IMG/VR virus record: IMGVR_UViG_3300023174_000144
Location: 1 to 64,000 of that record
DNA from: a virus
Lineage: Duplodnaviria; Caudoviricetes
Strand: one strand, 5' to 3'
DNA: 64,000 nucleotides
Shown piece by piece: positions 63,816-64,000 of this stretch. Position 1 is the stretch's first letter. Each line of letters starts with the position of its first letter. A program made the translations under genes and the position numbers. Below the pieces are notes generated by a model, which ran no database searches, was not told the origin of the DNA, and saw nothing but the letters and a program-made list of their open reading frames with translations.

Positions 63816-64000
63816 GATCCACCTTGAGATTGTTGAGTCCTATATTTTCCTTCTGCTGAAGGGAATCCACCAAATGGAAGAATACCTAATAATCTTTCGT
63901 TATTTTGATCAATAGGAGGACGAATAGTTTCTGCAGAAATATCTTCTTGCACGTTTGCGTATGCACTGATGCCAGTAACAAAATCCGACCTTTCAACAAA
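63812..64000 (-). CDS. minor tail protein L, C-terminal fragment (truncated by the window edge)
   Basis: Minus frame ...LGILPFGGFPSA...; its TGA overlaps the ATG of K. Confidence 0.8.
   Translation of the reverse strand, partial: FVERSDFVTGISAYANVQEDISAETIRPPIDQNNERLLGILPFGGFPSAEGKYRTQQSQGGS

Noticed and set aside
1-64000. Stop-codon reassignment
   Set aside because: Long genes are open in the standard code, all three stops are used, and there is no suppressor tRNA
1-64000. Specific host assignment (the overall style recalls freshwater phages attributed to Verrucomicrobia)
   Set aside because: Impression only; it needs CRISPR-spacer, tRNA or protein-homology evidence. The sequence supports only a diderm host

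Overview
A 64 kb segment of a large, AT-rich tailed phage genome (Caudoviricetes). It is probably siphovirus-like: it has lambda-type L/K/I/J tail-tip genes and a 2789-aa tape measure protein, and no sheath gene is seen. Terminase, portal and replication genes are outside the window. Three zones are visible. (1) ~1-9.6 kb: small early ORFs including MazG and a DUF6878/DUF6915-like pair, tRNA-Asp, and several promoter-driven structured non-coding stretches. (2) ~9.6-22.3 kb: a mosaic of one- and two-gene units on both strands (DUF932-like, ArdC, gp88-like, SleB-like, HNH, five tRNAs). These are punctuated by 13 copies of a dispersed element built from a 27-bp 12-3-12 palindrome (consensus GTAAGTCGTTGA-NNN-TCAACGACTTAC), usually doubled around a 21-bp GC-rich dyad. 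The promoter-proximal palindromes sit at -53/-54 or -63 to -65 from predicted sigma70-type, mostly leaderless, transcription starts. (3) ~22.6-64 kb: late genes preceded by a GTGTAA motif, covering lysis, head, fibres, neck, tail tube and tape measure, followed by a convergent tail-tip operon whose gpI-like gene carries a Hint domain with Gly at +1. Best candidates for new biology are the palindrome-cassette system, a tRNA(UAU) with a long variable arm, a c-di-GMP-I-like RNA ahead of tRNA-Asp, repeat-delimited cargo (possibly a nuclease) in the tape measure protein, and the Ubl-Hint gpI. All family names come from motif recognition by eye; no database search was run.
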